A stretch of 59,703 nucleotides of DNA from a virus (IMGVR_UViG_3300036770_004625:1-59703); one strand, 5' to 3'. Counted from the stretch's first letter, positions 19,448 to 27,316 are shown. Made by a program: numbers and translations. The notes: generated by a model from the letters alone, not told the origin.

Positions 19448-19696
19448 ATGCTAAAGATCGACGGACACGACAACGCCATCCTCGGACCAGCCTTGGTCTG
19501 GGGCACCGACGGCAAGAGGACAGAAGTCCTCGTTTATGACGCCGAACTCATCCGAGCCAACCTCATGAGCGAGGGCATGAGCTCGGAAGAAGCCCGAGAA
19601 TTCATCGAATACAACATCGAAGGCGCCTTTGTAGGAGCCGACACGCCAATCCTGGTATGGACTCAGGACGAATGGTCGGACTGGGTTGACAGCTGA
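19448..19696 (+). CDS. Hypothetical protein (82 aa)
   Basis: AGGAG RBS; DG.D.AILG...EEAREFIEYNIEGAFVG..TP pattern seen in aquatic phages. Confidence 0.8.
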   Translation: MLKIDGHDNAILGPALVWGTDGKRTEVLVYDAELIRANLMSEGMSSEEAREFIEYNIEGAFVGADTPILVWTQDEWSDWVDS

Positions 19697-19715
19697 GTAA
19701 CCGGTATCCTATAAT
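19686..19715 (+). promoter_or_regulatory. Consensus sigma70 promoter, probably giving a leaderless transcript
   Basis: TTGACA (19686-19691), 18 bp, TATAAT (19710-19715); ATG 8 nt downstream with no SD. Confidence 0.75.
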
Positions 19716-19722
19716 CCTATAC

Positions 19723-19929
19723 ATGGACAAAACCAAATGGAAATCGGTCATCATTCAAGTAGCCACTCATGAAAAGATCAAGGATTTGGCGCACTTTCAG
19801 AAGTTGCCGATCAATCATGTCCTCGAGAGGTTGGTTGAGGAGGCGTGGAACAAGATCTACGGACCACGGACCGCTCCAAGTCCGTACTTGGACCCAGCGC
19901 CTAAGGGAGTTTTTCGCAGTAAGGCTTAG
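19723..19929 (+). CDS. Putative ribbon-helix-helix DNA-binding regulator
   Basis: KWKSVII strand followed by two amphipathic helices (THEKIKDLA, INHVLERLVEEAW). Confidence 0.6.
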   Translation: MDKTKWKSVIIQVATHEKIKDLAHFQKLPINHVLERLVEEAWNKIYGPRTAPSPYLDPAPKGVFRSKA

Positions 19930-19963
19930 CAGTAGATTTTTCAACAATCAGAAAGGAGAAAGT

Positions 19964-20011
19964 ATGTGGCCCTACGTTATTGCAGCAATTATCCTGGGAG
20001 CAATCCTATGA
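19964..20011 (+). CDS. Possible 15-aa hydrophobic peptide MWPYVIAAIILGAIL
   Basis: Strong AGAAAGGAG RBS; stop overlaps the next ATG (ATGA). Confidence 0.5.
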   Translation: MWPYVIAAIILGAIL

Positions 20012-20301
20012 AGCTGCTAACAGAAGAGCAAACGGAGAACGTCCAAGGCATGAAGTTTGCCAGTGCCATGGACGTTGCCAATTTGCAGTACTGGAAGAGT
20101 GTTGCTCGTCGGTATCGTCGTCAGCGCGATGAAGCTTTAGAGAGGGTTCATTTTCTGCGTAATAAGCTTTTGCAGGAGACGGGCCGTGCTTACGATGGGC
20201 ATGACTATCTGCGCCTTGTCATCAAGACCGCCTCCAAGCCGTCTTGGCGATACAGGCTTCTTTTTGCCATTGAGCGCCTGCTCAAAGTGAGGGGCAAATG
20301 A
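20008..20301 (+). CDS. Hypothetical protein (97 aa)
   Basis: GGGAG RBS; coupled to both neighbours. Confidence 0.6.
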   Translation: MKLLTEEQTENVQGMKFASAMDVANLQYWKSVARRYRRQRDEALERVHFLRNKLLQETGRAYDGHDYLRLVIKTASKPSWRYRLLFAIERLLKVRGK

Positions 20302-20465
20302 AAGAGCCTATGCACCCATCTGGCCTGCCAATGTCGCGTTGGAATTGGCCGTTCAAAACTGCGGAAGAACGAAAGCTTGTTGCCGCATGGTTCAAAAAAG
20401 CCGCCGTCCAAGAACGAGATTTAAACAAACCAGATCCCGCTAAATACGGGACAGCACCCTTTTAA
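20298..20465 (+). CDS. Hypothetical protein (55 aa, MKEPMHPSG...)
   Basis: ATGA coupling; fills the gap exactly; below the ORF-track size cutoff. Confidence 0.55.
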   Translation: MKEPMHPSGLPMSRWNWPFKTAEERKLVAAWFKKAAVQERDLNKPDPAKYGTAPF

Positions 20466-20476
20466 GGAGATTACCT

Positions 20477-20848
20477 ATGAAAACTAAAGTACAACCCAAA
20501 CGCCGTGGCCGTCCCCCTGGATCAAAGAATAAGACCACCGCTCGCCGTGGCCGCCCGCCAAAGTCGGCTACCCCGACCACCATCGATACGACCTTGGACC
20601 AACGCGCCGGACGTTACGGACTGTTCCTCGGTCAGGCCGAGATCTCTCAGAACTTCAAGCAGTTGGTCTACCACTACTTGGTTCACCGGGAAAAGACCCT
20701 GGACGTGGACCAAGCCGAGGCCCTCGAGATGATCGTCCACAAGATCGCCCGCATCATCAACGGCGATGCGGACTACTCCGACAGTTGGAGAGACATTGCA
20801 GGCTACGCCATGCTGATTAGCGATCGGCTCGAAGGCCGACCACGATGA
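20477..20848 (+). CDS. DUF6378-like protein with two N-terminal AT-hooks
   Basis: RRGRPP twice; L..R..RYG, KIARI and DSWRDIAGYA motifs. Confidence 0.75.
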   Translation: MKTKVQPKRRGRPPGSKNKTTARRGRPPKSATPTTIDTTLDQRAGRYGLFLGQAEISQNFKQLVYHYLVHREKTLDVDQAEALEMIVHKIARIINGDADYSDSWRDIAGYAMLISDRLEGRPR

Positions 20849-21117
20849 ACCCTAAAGAGCAAAAGAAGATCATGGATGTTCTCATCAGCATGAACGCTGA
20901 GAGCAGGAAGCTACACACCATGAAACAGCTTTCACTAAACTCGGTGAACTTCGCCATTGAGGCAGGCTTAGATCCTGCTGAGTCGCTGGTGGCCCTGGCC
21001 ACCACTGTCGCAGTCATCGGGAAGGTCTCTGAAATTCCCCTGCGCGAACTCGTCTCCGCAACCGTTAAATGCTATGAGGACATGTATGCAAACCCCAACC
21101 AACCAACAATGCAGTGA
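20845..21117 (+). CDS. Hypothetical protein (90 aa)
   Basis: ATGA coupling. Confidence 0.6.
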   Translation: MNPKEQKKIMDVLISMNAESRKLHTMKQLSLNSVNFAIEAGLDPAESLVALATTVAVIGKVSEIPLRELVSATVKCYEDMYANPNQPTMQ

Positions 21118-21130
21118 TATTGGAGGTGAC

Positions 21131-21301
21131 GTGGTCACCATCAACCAATCGGCCCGCCTCCTGCAAGAGGTCCTGGCCGAAGCCCACCCGAGCCAGGAAC
21201 AACTCAACGCGGCCGAAGAGCTGTGCCTAAAGATCCACCGCTCCACCTGCGCCATCCTCGTCTGGGCAGAACAAAAGAAAAAGGCTGTTGACAACGTGTA
21301 A
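21131..21301 (+). CDS. Hypothetical protein (56 aa, GTG start)
   Basis: GGAGGT RBS before GTG 21131. Confidence 0.5.
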   Translation: MVTINQSARLLQEVLAEAHPSQEQLNAAEELCLKIHRSTCAILVWAEQKKKAVDNV

Positions 21302-21316
21302 AACTACCCGTAGTAT
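21288..21316 (+). promoter_or_regulatory. Sigma70 promoter overlapping an ACTAC-N2-GTAGT palindrome
   Basis: TTGACA, 17 bp, TAGTAT; ACTACCCGTAGT at 21303-21314. Confidence 0.75.
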
Positions 21317-21347
21317 GAAGCTGTAGTACTTAATAAAGGAGAAAGAA

Positions 21348-21590
21348 ATGACGTTCCTCAGAGAGAAGTACCTCTTGCCTTGCGCCTTTGCCGCTGTGTT
21401 TCTTTGCGGCATGTTGGCCTCGGCATTCATTGGTGGGCTCATCGTCCACGATCCAACGCCCAAGGTCCTCGAAGCGTACAAGCGGGGCAAGCAGGACGCC
21501 CTGACGATCAAGCGCGGCAATACGGAGCTTGAGATGACGTGCGCCGCTTTGTGGCAGAGCAACCAGCCGTTCTTAGGAGAGCACAAATGA
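21348..21590 (+). CDS. Small membrane protein (80 aa)
   Basis: AAGGAG RBS; N-terminal hydrophobic helix. Confidence 0.7.
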   Translation: MTFLREKYLLPCAFAAVFLCGMLASAFIGGLIVHDPTPKVLEAYKRGKQDALTIKRGNTELEMTCAALWQSNQPFLGEHK

Positions 21591-21823
21591 GCCTAGACAC
21601 ACTAAAGCTCTCGCTCGACGGGAGAGAAGTGGTGGATGCGGAGTTGGCCGGATTAGATAGCGCCGACTACCCCGACTTTTGCGATGCGTACTTCGACAAA
21701 GCATTCTTTGCCGATACAGGCGAGGCCTTGGACGACGAACAACTCGACCGTCTTGCCGAACAAAACCCCGACGAACTACACGTCTTGGCCCATCGGACCA
21801 TTCGCTACGGAGGAAGAGGATGA
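21587..21823 (+). CDS. Small acidic protein (78 aa)
   Basis: AGGAG RBS, ATGA coupling; D..DYPDFCDAYF motif. Confidence 0.75.
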   Translation: MSLDTLKLSLDGREVVDAELAGLDSADYPDFCDAYFDKAFFADTGEALDDEQLDRLAEQNPDELHVLAHRTIRYGGRG

Positions 21824-22128
21824 CAAACGACGAAATTCTCATGCTGGTTGCCCAGGTCATGACCAGCGGCATCAAGCAAGAAGGAGCAAAGTTCACGCTC
21901 CCCGAATCAATGATCATCGAGCTCGTCCGACGGGCGCAGAAGGCAGAGCGTGAGGCGTGTGCGAAGGTGTGTGAGGAACTTGTGCTGGCTTACGCTGGAA
22001 ATGCCTCTGCTACCGCCAACCAATGTGCTGACGCAATCCGAGCAAGGGGGGATGAGGAAAGATTTTCGAAGGATTGGCAAGAAACCGTAGCCAGAGTAGA
22101 AGCCAAACTAAAGGAGAAGAACACATGA
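21820..22128 (+). CDS. Hypothetical protein with EREACAKVCE/CADAIRARG module
   Basis: ATGA coupling; ends EAKLKEKNT. Confidence 0.7.
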   Translation: MTNDEILMLVAQVMTSGIKQEGAKFTLPESMIIELVRRAQKAEREACAKVCEELVLAYAGNASATANQCADAIRARGDEERFSKDWQETVARVEAKLKEKNT

Positions 22129-22502
22129 CCAAAGAAGAGATCGCAGAGATTGTCCACGGGATGCCACAGGGCATGACCGCAGATGATTATTTGGTCGAGC
22201 TTGTGAGCCGAGCCGTCACCCCACTTGAACAACGGATCAAGCTCCTACGAGACGAAGTCGCATGGGCCGAAAACGGCTACACAAAACATAAATGGGTCGG
22301 GCTCACGGACCAAGAAATCACCGATCTCTACCTCCTGGCAGGAATCATCCCCTGGACAAAACATACCATCGGCCCCAATCCGTCTTTAGTTGGAGGCGTG
22401 TTCCTCACCCCTTTCGTAGAAGACGGAATGGACGGGGACGGCACTTGCCTGAGACAGTTTGCCCAATTGATCGAGGCCAAGCTGAAAGAGAAGAACACAT
22501 GA
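22125..22502 (+). CDS. Hypothetical protein with WVGLTD.EI module
   Basis: ATGA coupling; ends IEAKLKEKNT. Confidence 0.7.
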   Translation: MTKEEIAEIVHGMPQGMTADDYLVELVSRAVTPLEQRIKLLRDEVAWAENGYTKHKWVGLTDQEITDLYLLAGIIPWTKHTIGPNPSLVGGVFLTPFVEDGMDGDGTCLRQFAQLIEAKLKEKNT

Positions 22503-22515
22503 GGGGGACTACCAA

Positions 22516-22719
22516 ATGAGGTGCATCTACTGCGACGGGGAGGAAACAAAAGTGCTCGACACCCGCAAATTCCCGGACCGCGAACCTTGGATCACCCGAA
22601 CCCGCCGGTGCTACACCTGCCTTGAGCGCTTCAAAACCGTCGAAATCCCCGTCGGAGAACTCAAAACCAACTTCTTTGAGGACGAAAGCAATGAGATCGA
22701 AATCGATGACGATCAATAA
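22516..22719 (+). CDS. Stand-alone NrdR-like zinc-ribbon protein
   Basis: MRCIYC....TKVLDTR.....RTRRCYTCLERFKTVE matches the NrdR N-terminal pattern; no ATP-cone. Confidence 0.8.
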   Translation: MRCIYCDGEETKVLDTRKFPDREPWITRTRRCYTCLERFKTVEIPVGELKTNFFEDESNEIEIDDDQ

Positions 22720-23065
22720 AGCATTTGCCGCAATGTTTCTTGCCCTTGCACTAACCCCCACCGTATCCCAGGCCACGGTCTACGAAACAGGAAACCAACT
22801 GCTCAGAGACCTCGAAGATATAAACAAGACCGGCTTTGGCCCCTCCTACGCCCTGGGATACATCGTAGGGGCCGCAGACGCTTACGGCGGAGCATCCCTG
22901 TGCATCCCCGCCTCGGTTACGAAAGGACAGCTCAACGACGTCGTACACGCGTTCCTGAAACAAGAACCAGGGATCAGGCACCTACCGGCAGACGTGCTCG
23001 TGCTTGTAGCGCTCGGGAACCACTGGGCATGCCCGAAGGAAGCCAAGAAAAAAGGCAAGGTATGA
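22706..23065 (+). CDS. Rap1a-family immunity-like exported protein
   Basis: Signal peptide (..TPTVSQA); TGNQLL, GYIVGAAD, CIP..VT.GQL, P..RHLPA and WACP motifs. Confidence 0.8.
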   Translation: MTINKAFAAMFLALALTPTVSQATVYETGNQLLRDLEDINKTGFGPSYALGYIVGAADAYGGASLCIPASVTKGQLNDVVHAFLKQEPGIRHLPADVLVLVALGNHWACPKEAKKKGKV

Positions 23066-23067
23066 GA

Positions 23068-23130
23068 GGTGTAGAAGGCGCAAAGAGGTGTAGAGAAAGG
23101 GGTGTAGAAGAGGTGTAGAGAAGGTGTAGA
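23068..23130 (+). repeat. Five iteron-like GGTGTAGA direct repeats
   Basis: Copies at 23068, 23087, 23101, 23112 and 23123. Confidence 0.9.
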
Positions 23131-23231
23131 AACGTAATGCCCAGGCAGGATAAGGGCTGCAAGCGAAGTGAGCGGTTATTTATGGATCAAGGAACACGGA
23201 CCAGGGGCCAGAGGAGAGAGGAAAATTGCCT

Positions 23232-23476
23232 TATACGCTGAAAATTCAAAAAAAGTTTTTTATGATCACCAAAAATCAAAATTTGACGTAATTGGTGTAA
23301 TAGACGTAATTTCTATTTGTTTTCAATGAGTTATAAATTACAGCGAATTACAGTAGTGTTTTGACGTAATTACTGATGTTACAATTAACCATGCTTTTTA
23401 ACCTTTCGTACTACAAACGTCCAGGAATTCATAAAAAAAGAAAAGTTTTTTTTTTTTTTTGAATTTTCAGCGTATA
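23232..23476. other. AT-rich non-coding core bracketed by a perfect 23-bp inverted repeat (candidate origin or packaging site)
   Basis: TATACGCTGAAAATTCAAAAAAA (23232-23254) and its reverse complement (23454-23476); three GACGTAATT copies inside. Confidence 0.65.
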
Positions 23477-23586
23477 TGGTGAGGGCGGAGGGGCGAAAAG
23501 TTACACCTGTGAAGGAGAGCCGTAATGTTATTTGTCGTAATTTTGGGAGTGTTCTTTGTGATGCTTTTTCTGGAGGATCGATTGAA

Positions 23587-24267
23587 ATGAGCTCGACAGT
23601 CCGAAAGAAGCAGGCGCAAGCTTTGTCCAGGGTGGCGCAGTATGACCCTGCGATACATAAACGGGGGCCGAAGCAAAGGAAGGTCCTGACCGAGCGGGAA
23701 GTTAAATTTGTAGAAATATGGTTGTCTTCTGCTGGACAACTCAGCATGCGGGAGGCGGCGATCGAGGCAGGCTATCCGGCGGCATCTGCCCATAGCAGGG
23801 CCACAGAACTGACCAATCCGGTACGCAAGCCCCACGTAGTGGCCTACATCCAAAAGAGGCAGAGGGAGCTCGGGGAGAAGTACGGGACGAACTTTGAGCG
23901 CCACATGAAGGATCTGCTGATGATTCGGGATAAGGCGATCGAGGCCGGGGCTTGGGCGGCGGCAGTCCAGGCGGAGTACCGGAGGGGGCAAGCCTTGGGC
24001 AATATCTATGTGGATCGCAAAGAAATCCGTCATGGGACGATTGACTCGATGAGCAAAGAGGAGGTGCAGAAGAAGCTGGAGGAGTTGCGGCGCCTATACT
24101 CCCCTCGGAAAGAGGTCATCGACGTGGAGGACACGTCTTTGGATGATGCGATAGAGATGGAAAGAGAAGCTGATCACACTACAGGGGAGGAATTTGATGA
24201 AGCCGGAGACAGCGTTTTATCGGAGGATGAAGGCGGGGATGAAGAAGACGAGGATTACCCGCGTTGA
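23587..24267 (+). CDS. terS: Terminase small subunit
   Basis: LTEREVKFVE...AAIEAGY HTH pattern, coiled coil, acidic tail; ATG 23587 after GGAGG. Confidence 0.75.
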   Translation: MSSTVRKKQAQALSRVAQYDPAIHKRGPKQRKVLTEREVKFVEIWLSSAGQLSMREAAIEAGYPAASAHSRATELTNPVRKPHVVAYIQKRQRELGEKYGTNFERHMKDLLMIRDKAIEAGAWAAAVQAEYRRGQALGNIYVDRKEIRHGTIDSMSKEEVQKKLEELRRLYSPRKEVIDVEDTSLDDAIEMEREADHTTGEEFDEAGDSVLSEDEGGDEEDEDYPR

Positions 24268-24586
24268 GTCCTGGGTGAACCTGGGAATTCCGGACTGCAT
24301 CCTGTCCCTGGAGAAGCGCTTTTTGTTGGTCGAACTGAAGGTGGCGGCGCCGAGCGGTCGAATAAAGTTGAGCGCCCATCAGGTTGCTTTTCATGAGGCG
24401 CATCGGGACTATCCCTGCTTTATCTTGGCAAGCTTTGGTGAGGCAAGGAAAAGGGAGATCTGGCTTTATCCGTCGCACAGGGCGAAGGATTTAGCGGTGG
24501 GCGTATGCCAGCCGGACATAAGGATTCCGGAGAACGCCGAGGGGTGGCAGAAGCTGGAGGAAGCATTCGGGTTTTCCCTAGATTGA
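24197..24586 (+). CDS. Holliday-junction resolvase/VRR-NUC-like nuclease
   Basis: E..FY, RVE....GIPD, VELK and LSAHQVAFH motifs. Confidence 0.8.
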   Translation: MKPETAFYRRMKAGMKKTRITRVESWVNLGIPDCILSLEKRFLLVELKVAAPSGRIKLSAHQVAFHEAHRDYPCFILASFGEARKREIWLYPSHRAKDLAVGVCQPDIRIPENAEGWQKLEEAFGFSLD

Positions 24587-24611
24587 CTACCGGTAGTAAT
24601 GATGCTATAGT
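24583..24611 (+). promoter_or_regulatory. Early promoter with ACTACCGGTAGT palindrome over the -35
   Basis: TTGACT, 17 bp, TG-extended TATAGT; palindrome at 24586-24597. Confidence 0.8.
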
Positions 24612-24644
24612 GTGGGTGTAGTCAACTCATACAGGAGAATTACC

Positions 24645-24851
24645 ATGGCAAGAAAATGGCTTGTTGGCACCAACACCGCAAAGGTCGATGGTCCCTCATT
24701 CAAAACGAAGCGCGAGGCGATCGAGTATGGTCGCCGATATATCAACGGCATTTTTATGGTTTGGAAGGCCGATCTGCACGAAGGGCAGAAGGCAGAGAAC
24801 GGCGCTCGTCTTCGGGCATGGCTCCGGGATACGGCGGAGGCCTCAGCATGA
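24645..24851 (+). CDS. Early hypothetical protein (68 aa)
   Basis: ATACAGGAGA leader; FKTKREA motif. Confidence 0.75.
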   Translation: MARKWLVGTNTAKVDGPSFKTKREAIEYGRRYINGIFMVWKADLHEGQKAENGARLRAWLRDTAEASA

Positions 24852-25162
24852 GCGCCAAAGAGCTTTATCGCTTGCTGGACAATTACGCCGGAGCATATGA
24901 GACGGTCGAATCGTTCGATGGGGTTCGCATCATTCGCTTTGAAGTGGAGGAAGACGCGGGGTTTGGCCTTTTGCCCCTCGAGAGGGCCTCAGATGAGCAG
25001 GTCATCGCTTATGCGGATTCGCAGGGATATCAGCTTACGCTGGAAGACGTGCAGGAAATCCGGAGCGGTTGTTTAGCCTCGCCTTTGTGGGGAATGTTAA
25101 ATAATAAGGATGAGACCGTATCGCGAGCGGTGAATGATTTTCTCGATGCGTTCGAGAGGTAA
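24848..25162 (+). CDS. Early acidic hypothetical protein (104 aa)
   Basis: GGAGG RBS, ATGA coupling. Confidence 0.7.
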   Translation: MSAKELYRLLDNYAGAYETVESFDGVRIIRFEVEEDAGFGLLPLERASDEQVIAYADSQGYQLTLEDVQEIRSGCLASPLWGMLNNKDETVSRAVNDFLDAFER

Positions 25163-25165
25163 GGC

Positions 25166-25194
25166 TTGCAAGAATAAACTACCCGTAGTAATCT
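25166..25194 (+). promoter_or_regulatory. Early promoter with ACTACCCGTAGT palindrome
   Basis: TTGCAA, 17 bp, TAATCT; palindrome at 25178-25189. Confidence 0.7.
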
Positions 25195-25224
25195 AGTGGC
25201 TCAACTCATACAGGAGAAATTAGC

Positions 25225-25911
25225 ATGCTAAAAACGGTCGCAATATCAAGCAATAAAAAGACGGGCCCAATCGCTGTCACCTATCGATCGGGAGCGGCGG
25301 ACGTGTTCGGCACGTGCCCCAAAACCTGCGGGCTCTTGCCATGCGGTAAAGCTGGGGCGGCGGAGATTGACTCGGAATATATCCGGGCTGTGGTCGATGC
25401 GGTCCCCCGCCAGGGTAAGGCGTGGACGTACTCTCATTTCCCGGCCGATCAATTGCCTCTGCCCGAAGAGGGCAAGACGGTTATCAATGCATCATGCGAT
25501 TCGATGGACGAGGCCGTTCGTGCGTTTTCTTTGTCCCGTCCGGCGGTGGTGGCCCTGCCGCGCCAGGACTGGAAGAGCACTGAATACAAGGGTGTTCAGT
25601 TTGTTCGCTGTCCGGCAGAATTGTCCGATTCGTTCGCATGTTCCGATTGCGGCGGCGGTAACCCGATATGCGCGCAACCCCATCGGGATTACGTAGTGGC
25701 CTTTTTTGCCCATGGTCCGAGCGCGAAGAGGGTAGGGACTGGCACGGGGGGCTGTTATGGTTCGAGCGGGCCGGTGGCGATTCAGTGGCGCAACACTAAA
25801 GACAAGGGGGCCGCCAATGATGCCGAGGCCGTCCGCCAATTTGCGTGTTCGCTCCCGCCGGGTTCGTTGCTCCGCCATCATGTCGTGGGAGACGTCGGGG
25901 CCGCACTGTGA
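25225..25911 (+). CDS. Cys-rich, probably metal-binding phage protein (228 aa)
   Basis: S.NKKTGPI, TCPKTC, WTYSH, INAS, CPA....C..C....C, F.AHG, LRHHVVGD. Confidence 0.75.
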   Translation: MLKTVAISSNKKTGPIAVTYRSGAADVFGTCPKTCGLLPCGKAGAAEIDSEYIRAVVDAVPRQGKAWTYSHFPADQLPLPEEGKTVINASCDSMDEAVRAFSLSRPAVVALPRQDWKSTEYKGVQFVRCPAELSDSFACSDCGGGNPICAQPHRDYVVAFFAHGPSAKRVGTGTGGCYGSSGPVAIQWRNTKDKGAANDAEAVRQFACSLPPGSLLRHHVVGDVGAAL

Positions 25912-25959
25912 TAATGCTCTTATTGGTGTTTATCCTAATGTGGGTTTTGCATGATTGGC

Positions 25960-25988
25960 TTGACTAGCGTCCCGGTATCCTATAAATT
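25960..25988 (+). promoter_or_regulatory. Early promoter of the DUF932 gene
   Basis: TTGACT, 17 bp, TAAATT; the same TAAATTATCG occurs at 26998. Confidence 0.65.
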
Positions 25989-26042
25989 ATCGACATGGCT
26001 CGAATGGTTCGGGCCTGCAACCTCAATACAGGAGATTTAAAA

Positions 26043-26876
26043 ATGACCGCTCACCGCTCAATCTACAACCAGCACGGCATCCCCGTCGATCAACTTGCCG
26101 CCACGGTTCCCTCTGTTTTCGCTCAACAGCCCTTTTCTGGCGTGTCCGCCCGGTACGGGTTCGTCCCGACAATTGACGTTGTGGAAGACCTCCGCGCTTC
26201 CGGGTTTAAGGTTGTGCAGGCTGGCCAGACCCTCACCCGCGTCGCGGATAAAAGGGACTTTACCCGGCACGTGCTCCGCTTCCGTCCCGATTACGCGCCC
26301 ACCGTTGCGGGCTCGCTCCCGGAGGTTGTGCTCATGAATTCTCATGATGGCTCATCCGGGTTTAAATTGTGGGCGGGGCTCTTCCGCATGGTTTGCGCGA
26401 ATGGGCTCATTGTTTGCACGTCCACCATGGGGGCCGTGTCCGTCCCTCACCGCTCGAATGCTGTCGAGGCCGTCCGCTCCCGTTCATTCGATTTTCTCTC
26501 CCGTGTCGATAACCTCTCCGAGACTGTCGCCCGGTATGAGTCCCGGCATATGACCGACGAAGAGGCCTTTTCTTTTGCCGAGATTGGCGCGCAAATCCGG
26601 TGGGGCTCCGAGCGGCCTGCCGGTTTGAATGCCCGAGACCTGCTCATGGCTCGCCGGTTCGAGGATGCAAGGCAAAACCTGTGGACAGTTCTCAACACCA
26701 TTCAAGAAAACCTCACTCGCGGCGGAGTTAACCTCACCCGCGCCAATCGCCGCTCGAGCACTCGGGGCATGCGATCGGTGCAGGACGATACCCGCATGAA
26801 CGTCCGGCTGTGGGCGGCTGCCGATGAATTTTTATCGGGGGATGTTGTGGACGTCGAGGCTGTCGAGGTAGCATAG
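26043..26876 (+). CDS. DUF932-family protein
   Basis: PSVFA, S.RY.FVPT, H.LRFR, NSHDGSS, GLFRMVCANGLI, R.ED..LW...N.IQENL.RGG, N..LW; ATG 26043 after ATACAGGAGA. Confidence 0.9.
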   Translation: MTAHRSIYNQHGIPVDQLAATVPSVFAQQPFSGVSARYGFVPTIDVVEDLRASGFKVVQAGQTLTRVADKRDFTRHVLRFRPDYAPTVAGSLPEVVLMNSHDGSSGFKLWAGLFRMVCANGLIVCTSTMGAVSVPHRSNAVEAVRSRSFDFLSRVDNLSETVARYESRHMTDEEAFSFAEIGAQIRWGSERPAGLNARDLLMARRFEDARQNLWTVLNTIQENLTRGGVNLTRANRRSSTRGMRSVQDDTRMNVRLWAAADEFLSGDVVDVEAVEVA

Positions 26877-27037
26877 TCTCAGGCTATCGGATAGTCCTAT
26901 GGGATAGTTATAAACTAAGCCCCATGGTCCGAGGGCCGTGGGGCTTGAAACTTGAGGCAAGGGCCGTGGGGCCCTTGCATTGATTGCCGATAATTGATAA
27001 ATTATCGGTTCGTTCAATCAATACAGGAGAATGCACC
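26877..27037 (+). promoter_or_regulatory. Hairpin-promoter element E1 (divergent copy)
   Basis: GATAGTTATAAA; hairpins at about 26917-26946 and 26957-26978; TTGCAT-17-TAAATT with the -10 inside the CCGATAATT/AATTATCGG inverted repeat; ATACAGGAGA. Confidence 0.7.
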
Positions 27038-27316
27038 ATGCAACATGATCAAAGACACGGCGGCCCGTATGATCGGGGCCGCGCGGACTCTTACTATCGG
27101 CGGCCATTCGCGCCGCATTATTTCGTCGGCGATACCTATTCGAGCCCAAGAGTCGCCGCCGCCAATATGTCGGCGGCGGAGGTTGCGGCCTATGCTCGAG
27201 GGTTCGCGGACAATGAGCAGTTCGGGGATTTTAAGGACTGGGATTCACCCTATGCCCATGTCTCTCGAGACATGGGGGAGGATGGGGAGGGCTCTATCGA
27301 GACGGCGTCTCGATAG
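27038..27316 (+). CDS. Early hypothetical protein (92 aa)
   Basis: RHGGPYDRGRADSYYRR...PHY and GDFKDW motifs; ATACAGGAGA leader. Confidence 0.8.
   Translation: MQHDQRHGGPYDRGRADSYYRRPFAPHYFVGDTYSSPRVAAANMSAAEVAAYARGFADNEQFGDFKDWDSPYAHVSRDMGEDGEGSIETASR

Noticed and set aside
23068-23130. GGTGTAGA repeats as a mini-CRISPR, or the 72-aa ORF 22900-23118 as a gene
   Set aside because: Repeats are 8 bp with 3-11 bp gaps; the ORF overlaps the Rap1a-like gene and simply translates the repeats
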